The notes: generated from the letters alone by a model not told the origin. Numbered from the stretch's first letter, positions 38,380 to 49,318 are shown. The stretch is DNA of 64,000 nt from Candidatus Phycocordibacter aenigmaticus (GCA_045401115.1 CP174359.1:419247-483246), one strand, 5' to 3'. Translations and numbers: made by a program.

Positions 38380-38970
38380 ATGAAATACGGTATCCGAAGA
38401 GAATTTTTCAGTATTGGAGCAGCAAGTGTACTCCTTGCCGGTTTCTTCGTATGGGTCCCAGTCATTCAAGAGTCAACAATGGTGCGTTTTTTTACCAGTG
38501 TAGATTCATTTGAATCATGTGTGGATGCGGGGTATGCAGTCCTTGAATCTCATCCGCGTCAGTGTCGGGACGGTTCGGGAACTGTTTTTATGGAAAACAC
38601 ATTTCCAAACACACGTTCCACTACATACACCAATACGAGCAAGAACGATATTATGCTCGATCACATAAATAAAAAGAATAATAATGTTACCTCTCCACTT
38701 ATTTTTACTGGAAAAGCTCACACTTCATGGTTTTATGAAGGAAGTTTTCCGGTGACAGTTACGAATTGGGATGGACGTATTATTGCGAAAGGTGAAGCGC
38801 AGGCAACACGGGACTGGAAGACAAATACACTTGTTCCATTTGAAGCAACACTGACGTTTACTATCCCAGCTTATAATCTCCACGGAACACTTCTGCTTCA
38901 TAAAGCAAACCCTTCGGGGGTTGCGGAATCCGATGCTGTGTTTAGCATGCCAGTGGTATTTTATAAATAA
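38380..38970 (+). CDS. Gmad2 Ig-like domain surface protein
   Basis: SFESCVDAGYAVLESHPRQC; SPL..GKA..WFYEGSFPV; NPSG. Confidence 0.75.
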   Translation: MKYGIRREFFSIGAASVLLAGFFVWVPVIQESTMVRFFTSVDSFESCVDAGYAVLESHPRQCRDGSGTVFMENTFPNTRSTTYTNTSKNDIMLDHINKKNNNVTSPLIFTGKAHTSWFYEGSFPVTVTNWDGRIIAKGEAQATRDWKTNTLVPFEATLTFTIPAYNLHGTLLLHKANPSGVAESDAVFSMPVVFYK

Positions 38971-39039
38971 TATTATATATAGTTACACTGGTAATTCGCC
39001 ACGATAAAAATGGTGTAGTATAAAAATTATAGCTCTAGT

Positions 39040-39243
39040 ATGCGCCAAGGTATTAAAAATAGTGTTTATACGTATCGCGAAAAAAGCAGGTACACACAAG
39101 TAGCTCTTGCTGATGCAGTGGGTGTAACCAGACAAACTATTATTGCCCTTGAAAAGGGGAATTACACCCCCTCAGTCGCATTGGCGCTTAAACTGGCTTC
39201 TGTATTTGACTGTTGTGTTGAAGATTTATTTACCTTACTGTGA
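39040..39243 (+). CDS. XRE-family HTH regulator
   Basis: TQVALADAVGVTRQTIIALEKGNYTPS. Confidence 0.92.
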   Translation: MRQGIKNSVYTYREKSRYTQVALADAVGVTRQTIIALEKGNYTPSVALALKLASVFDCCVEDLFTLL

Positions 39244-39248
39244 TATAT

Positions 39249-39593
39249 ATGCGAAATTTTGTTTTTGTTTCTAGTGTTTTTGTGCTCCTCTTACTTTTAT
39301 TAATTAATCCACTTGACTGGTGGATGCCACAGGAAATTGTGTATCTCGCTGTGGCGCTCCTTGCGGTTGTTGCGGCAATTTTTGCCGGAATGATATTCGG
39401 TGAACAGGCACGAGATGAGCGCGAGGAAACGCTGCGAGCGCGAGCAGCGCGTGCGGGGTATCTCGTTGGTGTGTTCGTCCTTACATTGGCAATAGCGGTA
39501 ACAGTGTTACGTGGAGACTATATTGATATATGGATTCCCATAACACTCATAAGTATGGTGTTAGTACGGGTGTTTGTACGGTGTCTTCCATAG
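39249..39593 (+). CDS. DUF2178-like membrane protein
   Basis: 4 TM, DERE motif, coupled to the XRE gene. Confidence 0.65.
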   Translation: MRNFVFVSSVFVLLLLLLINPLDWWMPQEIVYLAVALLAVVAAIFAGMIFGEQARDEREETLRARAARAGYLVGVFVLTLAIAVTVLRGDYIDIWIPITLISMVLVRVFVRCLP

Positions 39594-39662
39594 GTGTGTG
39601 ATTTTCGTTTTATTTTGAAATAGGGCAGAACATGACATTAAAACACCTGATATGATGGAGTT

Positions 39663-40184
39663 ATGTTAAAAACAGGGAAAGATTGGTTTGCGCTTATTAT
39701 TTCACTTCTTATTCCTCATGCAGCCGGAGCGTTAGGATCACTTTTTACTATTAGTGCTATACCACTTTGGTATAGCACGCTGACACTCCCTGCTTTTGCT
39801 CCTCCGTCGTGGGTTTTTGGTCCGGCATGGACCGCACTTTACACTTTAATGGGAATTGCGCTCTTTTTAGTATGGCGTACACGTGGGGCGCGTACGTTAC
39901 ATGCACCAAAAGAGGAAACCAGAGCGCGCGGTCGTGCACGAACGATAGGTCTGTACCTGTTTGGTGTCCAGATGGTGCTTAATTTACTCTGGTCTATTAT
40001 CTTTTTTGGTATGCAAAGCCCGGTTGCTGCATTAGTAGATATTATTCTCCTCGATATCTTTGTTGCGCTCACTATTGTGTATTTTTATCGCGCGCGTCCG
40101 AGCGCTGCAGTGTTATTACTTCCGTACATAGCATGGATACTTTTTGCCACTGCACTTAATCTCGGTATTGTTATTTTGAACTAA
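39663..40184 (+). CDS. tspO: TspO/MBR protein
   Basis: WYSTL..PPSWVFGPAWTALY, LNLLWSIIFF, LLPYIAW. Confidence 0.92.
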   Translation: MLKTGKDWFALIISLLIPHAAGALGSLFTISAIPLWYSTLTLPAFAPPSWVFGPAWTALYTLMGIALFLVWRTRGARTLHAPKEETRARGRARTIGLYLFGVQMVLNLLWSIIFFGMQSPVAALVDIILLDIFVALTIVYFYRARPSAAVLLLPYIAWILFATALNLGIVILN

Positions 40185-40260
40185 CACCAAATATGTACCC
40201 AAAAAGTGAGTGAGTATGTGGGCATACTATTAAAAATAAGTACGATATACTAAATGGACT

Positions 40261-41259
40261 ATGCAAACATTACATGAAACTGTTGCTGCGCTTATGCAGC
40301 AAGGAAAAGGTATTCTTGCGGCAGATGAAAGCAATAGCACTGCTACAAAACGTTTAGAAGCGGTTCATGTTGAACCAACAGAAGAAAATAGACGGCGGTA
40401 TCGTGAGGTGTTGCTTACGACACCTGGTGCGGAATCATATCTTTCAGGTGTCATTCTTTATGATGAGACGATCCGACAATCACTTTCGGACGGAACCCCA
40501 TTTCCTCAATACCTGACCGGGAAAGATATTATCCCAGGTATTAAAGTTGACCTTGGTCTTGAAGAGGTTCCTGGCGGGCAGGTGACTAATGGTCTTGAGG
40601 GGCTTGCTGAGCGTCTTCAAGAATATAAGTCGTTCGGTGCTCGTTTTACTAAATGGCGTGCGGTTGCGCGTGTTGGTGATGGATATGGTGATCCAGTTAT
40701 AAAAGAAAACGCGAAGCGTATGGCATCATATGCGCGGATATGTCAGGACGCTGGTTTTGTACCTATTGTAGAGCCTGAAGTGCTTCGTGATGGTACACAT
40801 TCTGCAGAAGACGCAGAAGGCGCAATTATTGAGACAGTAGCGATTGTTTTTGATGCGCTTAAAGGGGAGGGTGTTGATCTTTCTGGGGTTATTTTAAAGA
40901 CGAGTATGGCAATTTCCGGTAGCGGTGCGGAAACACAAGCGGAACCTGAAGAGGTAGCCGAGCGTACTGTGCGTGCGCTTACTACTTCAACTCCTGAGGA
41001 GTGCGGTGGTGTAGTATTTCTTTCTGGCGGACAAAGTCCTGAAGCGGCGACTGCCAACTTAAATGCAATCGCTCGATTAGAGCCGCATCCATGGCCAATT
41101 ACTTTCTCATTTGCACGTGCGCTACAGGAACCAGCACTTGATATATGGCGCGGTCAGGATGAGAACAAAGACGAGGCACAAGCAGCCTTGCTCTATCGTC
41201 TATCACTGAATGTGTCTGCAGATGCCGGCGGTTATGGAGAGGGGATGGAAAAACTTTAA
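40261..41259 (+). CDS. Class I fructose-bisphosphate aldolase
   Basis: KGILAADES, GIKVD, KWR, PIVEPEV, FLSGGQ, FSFARALQ. Confidence 0.95.
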   Translation: MQTLHETVAALMQQGKGILAADESNSTATKRLEAVHVEPTEENRRRYREVLLTTPGAESYLSGVILYDETIRQSLSDGTPFPQYLTGKDIIPGIKVDLGLEEVPGGQVTNGLEGLAERLQEYKSFGARFTKWRAVARVGDGYGDPVIKENAKRMASYARICQDAGFVPIVEPEVLRDGTHSAEDAEGAIIETVAIVFDALKGEGVDLSGVILKTSMAISGSGAETQAEPEEVAERTVRALTTSTPEECGGVVFLSGGQSPEAATANLNAIARLEPHPWPITFSFARALQEPALDIWRGQDENKDEAQAALLYRLSLNVSADAGGYGEGMEKL

Positions 41260-41619
41260 ATTCTTTTCTGTTTTTTCAATTACTCACTTTCTATAATCTA
41301 TAATTATGATGATAAATAAGGAAGTAATTTTCCTGAAATAACACATGTTTGTAGGCTCTATTGAGAGTGTCACAAAACGTTGATTGACCCCATGCGTTTT
41401 TTGTTTCTTTCTGAGGATAAAACTCCGAAATCCACACCCATGAGTAAGGACAGGATCAATGTGCGTACGCTAGAATGGTACTCCAGAGACAGATGCAATG
41501 TGTAATTGAAATAATCCCTTCGGTTTCATTTCAATGGATTCAAAAATACCCATTCCAAAGCATTCTGATTTATCTTTAGTAACATAATAATCCGTGATCA
41601 CGGTATAACTGCAAACCCC

Positions 41620-44508
41620 ATGTCAGTAACTCAAAAACTTAAAAAAAGAAACGGTGCTATTGTCGACTTTGATCAAGAAAAAGTTGCACTTGCGGCACAA
41701 AAGGCATTTTTAGACGTTCTTAAGGACCCTCACACTGATGAGGCAAAAGAAATTGCTGAATTAGTTGCACGATCACTTAATGAAAATTACGGTGACACTG
41801 CTCAAGTCCCTAGCGTTGAAGAGGTGCAGGATCTTGTTGAGCGCTCATTGGCTGAGCGTGGTTACTTTGATGTGGCAAAGAGTTATATTATTTATCGGTA
41901 TGAGCACTCGAAGATTCGAGAAGAAGAAAAGAAACATGTAGAAGAAAAAATTGATTCACAGTCACTTCTTATCGAGACAGGTACGGGTGAACGTGCTGTG
42001 TTTTCTCCTGATCGTATCCGCAGTGTTATCACCGCACTTCTTTCTGAAAAAGAAATTGCTGATATCAATGTTGAAAGTATACTCAATCAGTTAAAACAGG
42101 AGGTATATGACGGCATCAGTACAAAAGAGATCTCTCGCCTCCTTACGTCAGTAGTACGTTCAATGATTGAACGTGATCCTATGTATGACGCGCTTGCTGC
42201 GCGTTTATTGTTGCGTGATATTTACGCTGATGTAATGAATTCAAACAGTCTTCCCGATGACGTAACTGACCCTGCGTTTGAAGAAGCATATCGTAAAGCG
42301 TTTGTTGCGAATATTAAGCAGGGGGTTGAGACAAAACAATATGACCCCGTGCTTCTTGATTTTGACCTTGAAGCACTTGCACAAAAACTTGAACCAACAC
42401 GTGATCGTACCCTTCGTTATCTTGGAATTCAAACACTCAATGACCGTTATTTTGTAAAAGAAAAATCAGGAGGGCGACTTATTGAGACCCCGCAGTTCCT
42501 CTTTATGCGTGTTGCGATGGGGCTTGCTCGAGAGGAATCAGATAAAGAGGGTCAGGTAGAACGCTTCTATACCATTATGAGTCAGTTGCGTTTTGTACCA
42601 TCAACTCCAACATTATTCCATGCTGGAACACCGCATGCACAGCTTTCAAGTTGTTACCTCAATACGGTTGAAGACGACCTTGATCATATCTTTAAAGTGT
42701 ATTCAGATAATGCCAACCTTTCAAAATGGGCTGGTGGAATCGGCACTGACTGGAGCAACATCCGTGCAACCGGTGCAATGATTAAGAAAGCAGGATTCGG
42801 TTCGCAAGGAGTGGTGCCATTCCTAAAAATTGCTAATGATGTCACCGTTGCCATCAACCGATCAGGGCGTCGTCGTGGCGCAACCGCGGTATATCTTGAG
42901 TCATGGCACTATGACGTGGAAGATTTTCTTGAACTCCGTAAGAATACTGGAGACGAGCGAAGACGTACCCATGACATTAATACAGTGAACTGGATTCCCG
43001 ACCTTTTTATGAAGCGTGTGCGCAGTGGGGAAGACTGGACACTGTTCTCACCAGATGAGGTTCCTGAACTTCACCATGTATATGGTAAAAAGTTTGAAGA
43101 AGCGTATCTGAAGTATGAACAGATGGCTGAAGAAGGGAAAATTAACGTACATCGAAAAGTAAAAGCAACGAACCTTTGGAAGAAGATGCTTGGCATGCTC
43201 TTTGAAACAGGACACCCGTGGGTTACGTTCAAAGACCCATCTAATATTCGTTCTCCACAAGACCATGTTGGTGTGGTGCATAATTCAAACCTATGTACTG
43301 AAATCACACTTAATACGTCTCGTGAAGAAACCGCGGTATGTAACTTAGGTTCAGTGAATCTTGGTCGACATATTACCGGTGAAGGTCTTGATCGTGAAAA
43401 GATAAAAGAGACAGTCAGTATTGCGATGCGCATGCTCGACAATGTTATCGATATTAACTTCTATCCAACAAAAGAAGCAAAAGTCTCAAACCTAAAACAT
43501 CGCCCGGTAGGTCTCGGTGTTATGGGATTCCAAGATGCGCTTTATCAATTAGATATTGATTTTGCGAGTGAACGCTGTGTTGGTTTTGCTGACGAGAGTA
43601 TGGAGGTTATTAGTTACTACACCATCCTTGCATCAGTGTCGCTTGCGAAAGAGCGCGGAACTTACGAAACCTTTGCGGGCAGTAAATGGGATCGCGGCCT
43701 GTTACCAATTGATACGATTGACCTTTTGGAAGAAGAGCGCGGTGAAGCAATTGAAGTGTCTCGCAACACTACCTTAGATTGGGATGTTGTACGTAGTGCT
43801 ATTAAAGAGTATGGAATGCGTAACTCAAACTGTATGGCTATTGCACCGACTGCAACTATCTCTAATATTGCGGGTACGACACCAACTATCGAACCGATTT
43901 ACAAGAACATTTTTGTTGAGTCAAACATTAGCGGTGACTTTACCGTAGTAAATCCGTACCTGGTACGTGACTTGAAAGAACATGGTCTTTGGAACGAATC
44001 AATGCTGAACGAGTTGAAATATCGTGACGGATCAGTAGCTGATATTGCGAGTGTTCCAGATGTACTCAAGAATAAATATAAAGAGGTGTTCGAGATTGAT
44101 ATGCGATGGTTAGTGCGCGCTGCGGCATATCGCGGTAAGTGGATTGACCAATCACAATCACTTAATATCTTCTTTAGTGGTTCCTCTGGTAAAGACCTCT
44201 CTGAAATTTATTTCTATGCGTGGAAAATGGGACTTAAGACCACGTATTACCTTCGTTCACTTGCTGCTACACAGGTAGAGAAATCAACAGTATCAACTAA
44301 GGATTTCGGCTCAACACATCAACGTGGCGCTACACGAAAAACAGACGCAATGAGTGTTGAACAATCTACCGCTTCTGCACCTGAGAAGACACCAATACCA
44401 ACACCAGCGCCCGTGGCACAAGCAGCTCCAGTAGCACAAGCACAACATAATACACCACCGGTCACGCTGCATCGCGCGCCGGAAGCATTGTGTGAAGCAT
44501 GCGAGTAA
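41620..44508 (+). CDS. nrdA: Ribonucleoside-diphosphate reductase alpha subunit (N-terminal ATP cones)
   Basis: KKRNG ATP cone, QLSSC, SNLCTEI, APTATIS, KTTYY, C-terminal CEAC. Confidence 0.96.
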   Translation: MSVTQKLKKRNGAIVDFDQEKVALAAQKAFLDVLKDPHTDEAKEIAELVARSLNENYGDTAQVPSVEEVQDLVERSLAERGYFDVAKSYIIYRYEHSKIREEEKKHVEEKIDSQSLLIETGTGERAVFSPDRIRSVITALLSEKEIADINVESILNQLKQEVYDGISTKEISRLLTSVVRSMIERDPMYDALAARLLLRDIYADVMNSNSLPDDVTDPAFEEAYRKAFVANIKQGVETKQYDPVLLDFDLEALAQKLEPTRDRTLRYLGIQTLNDRYFVKEKSGGRLIETPQFLFMRVAMGLAREESDKEGQVERFYTIMSQLRFVPSTPTLFHAGTPHAQLSSCYLNTVEDDLDHIFKVYSDNANLSKWAGGIGTDWSNIRATGAMIKKAGFGSQGVVPFLKIANDVTVAINRSGRRRGATAVYLESWHYDVEDFLELRKNTGDERRRTHDINTVNWIPDLFMKRVRSGEDWTLFSPDEVPELHHVYGKKFEEAYLKYEQMAEEGKINVHRKVKATNLWKKMLGMLFETGHPWVTFKDPSNIRSPQDHVGVVHNSNLCTEITLNTSREETAVCNLGSVNLGRHITGEGLDREKIKETVSIAMRMLDNVIDINFYPTKEAKVSNLKHRPVGLGVMGFQDALYQLDIDFASERCVGFADESMEVISYYTILASVSLAKERGTYETFAGSKWDRGLLPIDTIDLLEEERGEAIEVSRNTTLDWDVVRSAIKEYGMRNSNCMAIAPTATISNIAGTTPTIEPIYKNIFVESNISGDFTVVNPYLVRDLKEHGLWNESMLNELKYRDGSVADIASVPDVLKNKYKEVFEIDMRWLVRAAAYRGKWIDQSQSLNIFFSGSSGKDLSEIYFYAWKMGLKTTYYLRSLAATQVEKSTVSTKDFGSTHQRGATRKTDAMSVEQSTASAPEKTPIPTPAPVAQAAPVAQAQHNTPPVTLHRAPEALCEACE

Positions 44509-44538
44509 TTAATAACCTACCTAAACGATATAGAACCT

Positions 44539-45573
44539 ATGGCAATTAAAAAAGGAGCATCTCCTGTCAGTGTTAACGACCGACGAATTATTAATGGGAA
44601 AGAAGCTGATGTCATTCAGCTCTATCCTATGAAGCACACGTTTGCGTGGGAATACTACAATAGTGCAAACGCAAACCACTGGCTACCAACAGAGATATCA
44701 ATGCAGTCGGACATTGAGCAATGGAAAAGTCCTACTGCCCTCAGCGCAGATGAGCGCAGTGCGTTTGAAACAGTGCTCGGGTTCTTCACTACTGCAGACT
44801 CAATTGCTGCGAATAATATCGTGATGGCTTTTTATGGGCACGTCACCAGTCCTGAAATTCGCATGTATTTACTGCGTCAGGCGTACGAAGAAGCAATTCA
44901 TACCCATGCCTACCAGTACATTGTCGAATCGCTTGGTATGGATGAATCAAAAATATTTAACATGTACCGCGAGGTAGATGCTATTTACGACAAAGATGAA
45001 TTCATCCTCGGCTTCAACGAAGGTATTTTCGATGGTTCATTTAAAACTGGTACGTTCGAGGCTGATCAGAAATTCCTTGAAAACTGGTGTGTGTTCTCAC
45101 TTATCTTAGAAGGTATCTTCTTCTACTCATCGTTTGCTGTGGTGCTCGGGTTCAAGCGTCAAAATAAGCTGACTGGTTCTGCTGAACAAATTGAGTACAT
45201 CATGCGTGATGAATCAATGCACCTTAACTTCGGTATTGAAGTGATTAATGGCCTCAAGAAAGAGAACCCTGAGTTATGGACTCAAGAGTTCCAGGATCGT
45301 ATTACTGGATTGGTAGCTGAAGCAGCGAAATTGGAATATACGTATGCGCAAGAAGTCTTTCCTACCGGTATTTTTGGTTTGAACGCGGAAGGCTTTAGGC
45401 AGTATATTGAACATATTGCCGATAGGCGTCTTGAACGTGTTGGACTGCCGGCACAGTTTGGCTCACCGAATCCGTTCCCATGGATGTCAGAAGCTATTGA
45501 CCTGTCAAAGAAGAAGAACTTCTTTGAGACGCGGGTTACTGAATACAAAACTGGTGGTAGTTTAGATTGGTGA
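44539..45573 (+). CDS. nrdB: Ribonucleoside-diphosphate reductase beta subunit
   Basis: WLPTE, ADS, EEAIHTHAY (radical Tyr kept), LEGIFFY, RDESMH, NFFETRVTEY. Confidence 0.96.
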   Translation: MAIKKGASPVSVNDRRIINGKEADVIQLYPMKHTFAWEYYNSANANHWLPTEISMQSDIEQWKSPTALSADERSAFETVLGFFTTADSIAANNIVMAFYGHVTSPEIRMYLLRQAYEEAIHTHAYQYIVESLGMDESKIFNMYREVDAIYDKDEFILGFNEGIFDGSFKTGTFEADQKFLENWCVFSLILEGIFFYSSFAVVLGFKRQNKLTGSAEQIEYIMRDESMHLNFGIEVINGLKKENPELWTQEFQDRITGLVAEAAKLEYTYAQEVFPTGIFGLNAEGFRQYIEHIADRRLERVGLPAQFGSPNPFPWMSEAIDLSKKKNFFETRVTEYKTGGSLDW

Positions 45574-45578
45574 ATTTA

Positions 45579-45700
45579 GGTTTCGATAAAAATCGCGAAT
45601 TACTGCGTTGTCTACGTCGTGCCGGCATTCGCCGTACCATTAGTACGTCTCATACCCGCACGCCTTGCCGTCTTGTACTTCATCGATTTTTATCGAAACC
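45579..45700. repeat. Palindromic insertion (RPE-like core) with perfect 17-bp inverted arms
   Basis: GGTTTCGATAAAAATCG / CGATTTTTATCGAAACC; core with GTAC-CATTA-GTAC. Confidence 0.7.
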
Positions 45701-45725
45701 CAGGAGAATGCTATACTAGAAATAT

Positions 45726-45935
45726 ATGAATGAAGGAATTGAGGGGGTCAGTAATATTATAGAAGAGCATTGGGAATTAGCACTCGGTGTTTTAATAGTA
45801 GGAGGCGTCATCGGCGCTCTTGGTAGGCACTATGGTGCACGTATTTATGATGCGCTTACTTTTGCTGATTATGAAAAGGAGAAAGAAAACGCTACACAGA
45901 GAATTGTGGACATGGTGAGTTCAAGAAGGGATTAG
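45726..45935 (+). CDS. Small single-TM hypothetical protein
   Basis: TATACT 8 nt before ATG; one TM. Confidence 0.6.
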   Translation: MNEGIEGVSNIIEEHWELALGVLIVGGVIGALGRHYGARIYDALTFADYEKEKENATQRIVDMVSSRRD

Positions 45936-45969
45936 TTTACATCACGCCTCATTTAATACGTGGGAATAG

Positions 45970-46011
45970 ATACGCAAAAACGGCTCATCAAGGTGAGCCG
46001 TTTTTGCGTAT
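45970..46011. repeat. REP-like palindrome
   Basis: ATACGCAAAAACGGCTCA-TCAAGG-TGAGCCGTTTTTGCGTAT. Confidence 0.8.
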
Positions 46012-46043
46012 ACCCACCACTATGCATTTGCTATACTTGCTAT

Positions 46044-47477
46044 ATGCCATTTTTCAAAAAGAAAGATTCTACTCCGCCTATTACGCTTTTTAATACGCGC
46101 TCAAAGGAAAAAGAAACTTTTAAGTCAATCACTGCCGGTAAAGTAAAAATGTATACCTGTGGCTCAACGGTGTACGACTATGCGCATATTGGGAATCTGC
46201 GCGCGGCGATATTCCCTGATATTATTCGTCGCGTATTTGAGTACGCGGGGTACGAGGTGAAGTCAGTACTTAATATTACCGACTTTGGGCACCTTGCGGA
46301 CGAAACGGACGATTTGAGTGAAGACAAAATGTCTCTTGCAGTAAAACGAGAGGGAAGGGAATTAACCATGGAGAATATGCTCTCTGTCGCCGGTGAATTT
46401 ATGCATGCATATCAGGACGATTTGCGTGAGTTGAATGTTAAAAATTTTCATGCGATGCCCCGCGCTTCTGAACATGTGCGCGGTATGGTTGCATATATTG
46501 AGGAGCTTTTGCATAAAGATTTTGCCTACACAACATCAGATGGCATTTATTTTGATACAGCAAAATTTCCGCATTATGGATGTCTTGGTGGCTCAAGTTC
46601 CACTGAACATTCACGTGTTGGAGTGCTAAAAGAAAAACATAACCCAGAAGATTTTGCGCTCTGGAAGTTTAATGATTCATTTGGATGGGATGCGCCGTGG
46701 GGGAAAGGTTTCCCGGGGTGGCATATAGAGTGTGTTGCTATGAGTACTCAATACCTTGGTAAAACATTTGATATTCATGCTGGTGGCATCGATCTTATTC
46801 CTATCCATCATAATAATGAAATTGCAGAAGCTGAAGCGGCAAACAATAAACCATACGCGCATTACTGGATGCATAATGAATTTATTACGATTGGAGGACA
46901 AAAGATATCAAAATCGCTTGGTAATACCATCACGTTAAAGCAGCTTGTTGATAGAGGAATTAGTCCACTTGCGTTCAGGTACTGGCTTTTGACGGGCCAC
47001 TATCGACAAAAAATGAATTTTACGTGGGACGCCATTGAGGCTGCGCAGACAGCGCTTACCCGTGCATGGCGCACATTCACTGAATTAAAAGGGGATGGTG
47101 AACCTGATACAGATTTTATACAAAAATTTGAAGACTCATTATATGACGATTTTAATACCGCGGAAGCGGTTGCAGTGTTGTGGGAGACTTTAAAAGACTC
47201 CACTATTGCTGATGGTGTTAAAAAAGCAACTATTTTAAAAATGGATACGGTACTCGGTGTCGGATTTGGTAGAGCAGCATTGCGACTTGAAAAGACAAAG
47301 GTAGCTGTTCTTGAAGGAGATGAGATTCCGGAGAAAGTACAAGAATTGATTGATGAACGTGAAGCGGCACGCAATATGAAAGATTTTGCAAAAGCAGACA
47401 ATTTACGTGAAGAAATTAAAAAAGCAGGATTTGAGGTTCATGATTCGTCAAATGGACCTGTGATTAACCGTATCTAG
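46044..47477 (+). CDS. cysS: Cysteine--tRNA ligase
   Basis: YTCGSTVY, HIGN, DFALWK, GFPGWHIEC, KISKS. Confidence 0.96.
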   Translation: MPFFKKKDSTPPITLFNTRSKEKETFKSITAGKVKMYTCGSTVYDYAHIGNLRAAIFPDIIRRVFEYAGYEVKSVLNITDFGHLADETDDLSEDKMSLAVKREGRELTMENMLSVAGEFMHAYQDDLRELNVKNFHAMPRASEHVRGMVAYIEELLHKDFAYTTSDGIYFDTAKFPHYGCLGGSSSTEHSRVGVLKEKHNPEDFALWKFNDSFGWDAPWGKGFPGWHIECVAMSTQYLGKTFDIHAGGIDLIPIHHNNEIAEAEAANNKPYAHYWMHNEFITIGGQKISKSLGNTITLKQLVDRGISPLAFRYWLLTGHYRQKMNFTWDAIEAAQTALTRAWRTFTELKGDGEPDTDFIQKFEDSLYDDFNTAEAVAVLWETLKDSTIADGVKKATILKMDTVLGVGFGRAALRLEKTKVAVLEGDEIPEKVQELIDEREAARNMKDFAKADNLREEIKKAGFEVHDSSNGPVINRI

Positions 47478-47536
47478 TGCTCTTACTTTATTTCTGCTAA
47501 CCTGTAGAAAGACGTTTATAAAAAATAATTACATCT

Positions 47537-48070
47537 ATGTCGATACAAAAAAACACAAGTATTGCTATTATTCTCGCACTCATTGTGGTGGCAATTTTTA
47601 TTGGGTTAGGTTTCTTTGTATTTCCTGGGTCTAACACCGACGCAGAAAATAGAGGAAACGCGCAAGCGCTTTTAGATGAGTTGCAACAAACAGGAACAGT
47701 CACTGAACTCAAAATGCAAAACATTGTCTCAGGCAATGGTGAAGAGGCAGAAGCTGGCGATGTGGTAGTGGTGCACTACACTGGAGTGCTTCCTGATGGA
47801 ACTGTTTTTGATTCTTCACATAACCGTGGCGAACCGTTTATTTTTGAACTCGGCGCAGGTCAGGTTATAGAAGGGTGGGAACGAGGAGTGAGCGGTATGC
47901 AAGTTGGTGGTCGAAGGCTTCTAGTTATACCACCAGAACTTGGTTACGGAGCGACTGCCGTAGGACCAATCCCTGCAAACGCAACACTAATTTTTGATGT
48001 TGAGCTACTTCAAATTCTTTCATCTGAAGCACGTGAACAACAAGCAGAAGTGAATCTAGAATCTCAATAG
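47537..48070 (+). CDS. Membrane-anchored FKBP-type peptidyl-prolyl isomerase
   Basis: VHYTG, FDSS, VIEGW, IPPELGYG, IPANATLIFDVEL. Confidence 0.93.
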   Translation: MSIQKNTSIAIILALIVVAIFIGLGFFVFPGSNTDAENRGNAQALLDELQQTGTVTELKMQNIVSGNGEEAEAGDVVVVHYTGVLPDGTVFDSSHNRGEPFIFELGAGQVIEGWERGVSGMQVGGRRLLVIPPELGYGATAVGPIPANATLIFDVELLQILSSEAREQQAEVNLESQ

Positions 48071-48073
48071 CAT

Positions 48074-49318
48074 ATGAGCGCTTCGGCTCCTCAGGGCCCT
48101 TTGCAATTTTCTATTACACACGCGATCCCGGAAGGGGCGCGTGTTGGTCGTATCACGACTCCTCATGGGTCTTTTGACACGCCGGCTTTTTGTTCAGTCG
48201 GTACTAAAGGAACAATAAAGGCGATACTACCAAAAGACTTGCATGAGATTGCAGAAAGTCCTGTGGCGCTTGCTAATACCTACCATCTTTTTTTACAACC
48301 AGGACATGATGTCGTTCAAGAGGCAGGTGGTCTACATGCTTTTATGGGTTGGGATGGTCCTTTGGTAACTGATTCAGGTGGTTTTCAAGTTTTTTCTCTT
48401 GGTGTTGGATTTGATAAAAGCGAGTCAAAATTTGCTTCTGGTGAAACTAAAACAGCGGACGCCGGGAAATTGCCACAAATATATGATGAGAGTATAAAGA
48501 CTCAACATGGGAAGTTAGCCATTATTGATGAGGAAGGAGTATCGTTTACTTCGCATATTGATGGTACGCTGTACCGTTTTACCCCAGAGCGCAGTGTTGA
48601 AATTCAACACGCGCTTGGTGCGGATATTTTTTTTGTGTTTGATGAGTGTACTGCGCCAAGCGCAGACTACGCGTATCAAAAAGAAGCTGCTGATCGTACA
48701 CACCGATGGGCACAACGGTGTTTGGTGACTCATCAGAATAATAGCGTCGCACGTAAGAAACAAGCTCTGTTTGGGATTGTACAAGGTGGGCGTTATCCAG
48801 ATTTGCGCACGTGGAGCGCAGAGACTGTAGGCGCGATGGATTTTGATGGTTTCGGCATTGGCGGGTCATTTTCGAAAGCTGATCTTGGTGAAGCGCTCTC
48901 TTCAGCTATCACCCCATTACCGAAAGAAAAACCGCGACACTTACTTGGTATTGGAGAGCCTGAAGATTTATTTGAAGGAGTAGCACATGGTATTGATATG
49001 TTTGATTGTGTACAACCAACTCGCATGGGACGCATGGGAGTGCTTTACACTGCAGACGGTAAGATAAATCTTAATAAAGCAAAATATACACGTGACTTTA
49101 CCCCGCTTGATACTGCAACTGGTGGGTACGCATCGGAACATTTTACACGCGCATATCTGGCGCATCTATTCCGTGCAAACGAGATGCTCGCCGCAACTAT
49201 TGCTTCACTACACAACCTCTATTTTATAAATCGTCTGATGCAGGATATGCGCACTGCAATTATAGACGGTACATTTAACGAATTTCGCGCTGAATTCCTT
49301 AGTAGGTATCGTGGCTGA
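48074..49318 (+). CDS. tgt: tRNA-guanine transglycosylase
   Basis: ANTYHL, TDSGGFQVFS, FDEC, GIVQGG, DMFDCV, SLHNL. Confidence 0.95.
   Translation: MSASAPQGPLQFSITHAIPEGARVGRITTPHGSFDTPAFCSVGTKGTIKAILPKDLHEIAESPVALANTYHLFLQPGHDVVQEAGGLHAFMGWDGPLVTDSGGFQVFSLGVGFDKSESKFASGETKTADAGKLPQIYDESIKTQHGKLAIIDEEGVSFTSHIDGTLYRFTPERSVEIQHALGADIFFVFDECTAPSADYAYQKEAADRTHRWAQRCLVTHQNNSVARKKQALFGIVQGGRYPDLRTWSAETVGAMDFDGFGIGGSFSKADLGEALSSAITPLPKEKPRHLLGIGEPEDLFEGVAHGIDMFDCVQPTRMGRMGVLYTADGKINLNKAKYTRDFTPLDTATGGYASEHFTRAYLAHLFRANEMLAATIASLHNLYFINRLMQDMRTAIIDGTFNEFRAEFLSRYRG

Noticed and set aside
44539-45573. Class Ic (Mn/Fe) or metal-free RNR beta subunit
   Set aside because: The radical Tyr (HTHAY), first Asp ligand and remaining Glu/His ligands are all retained.
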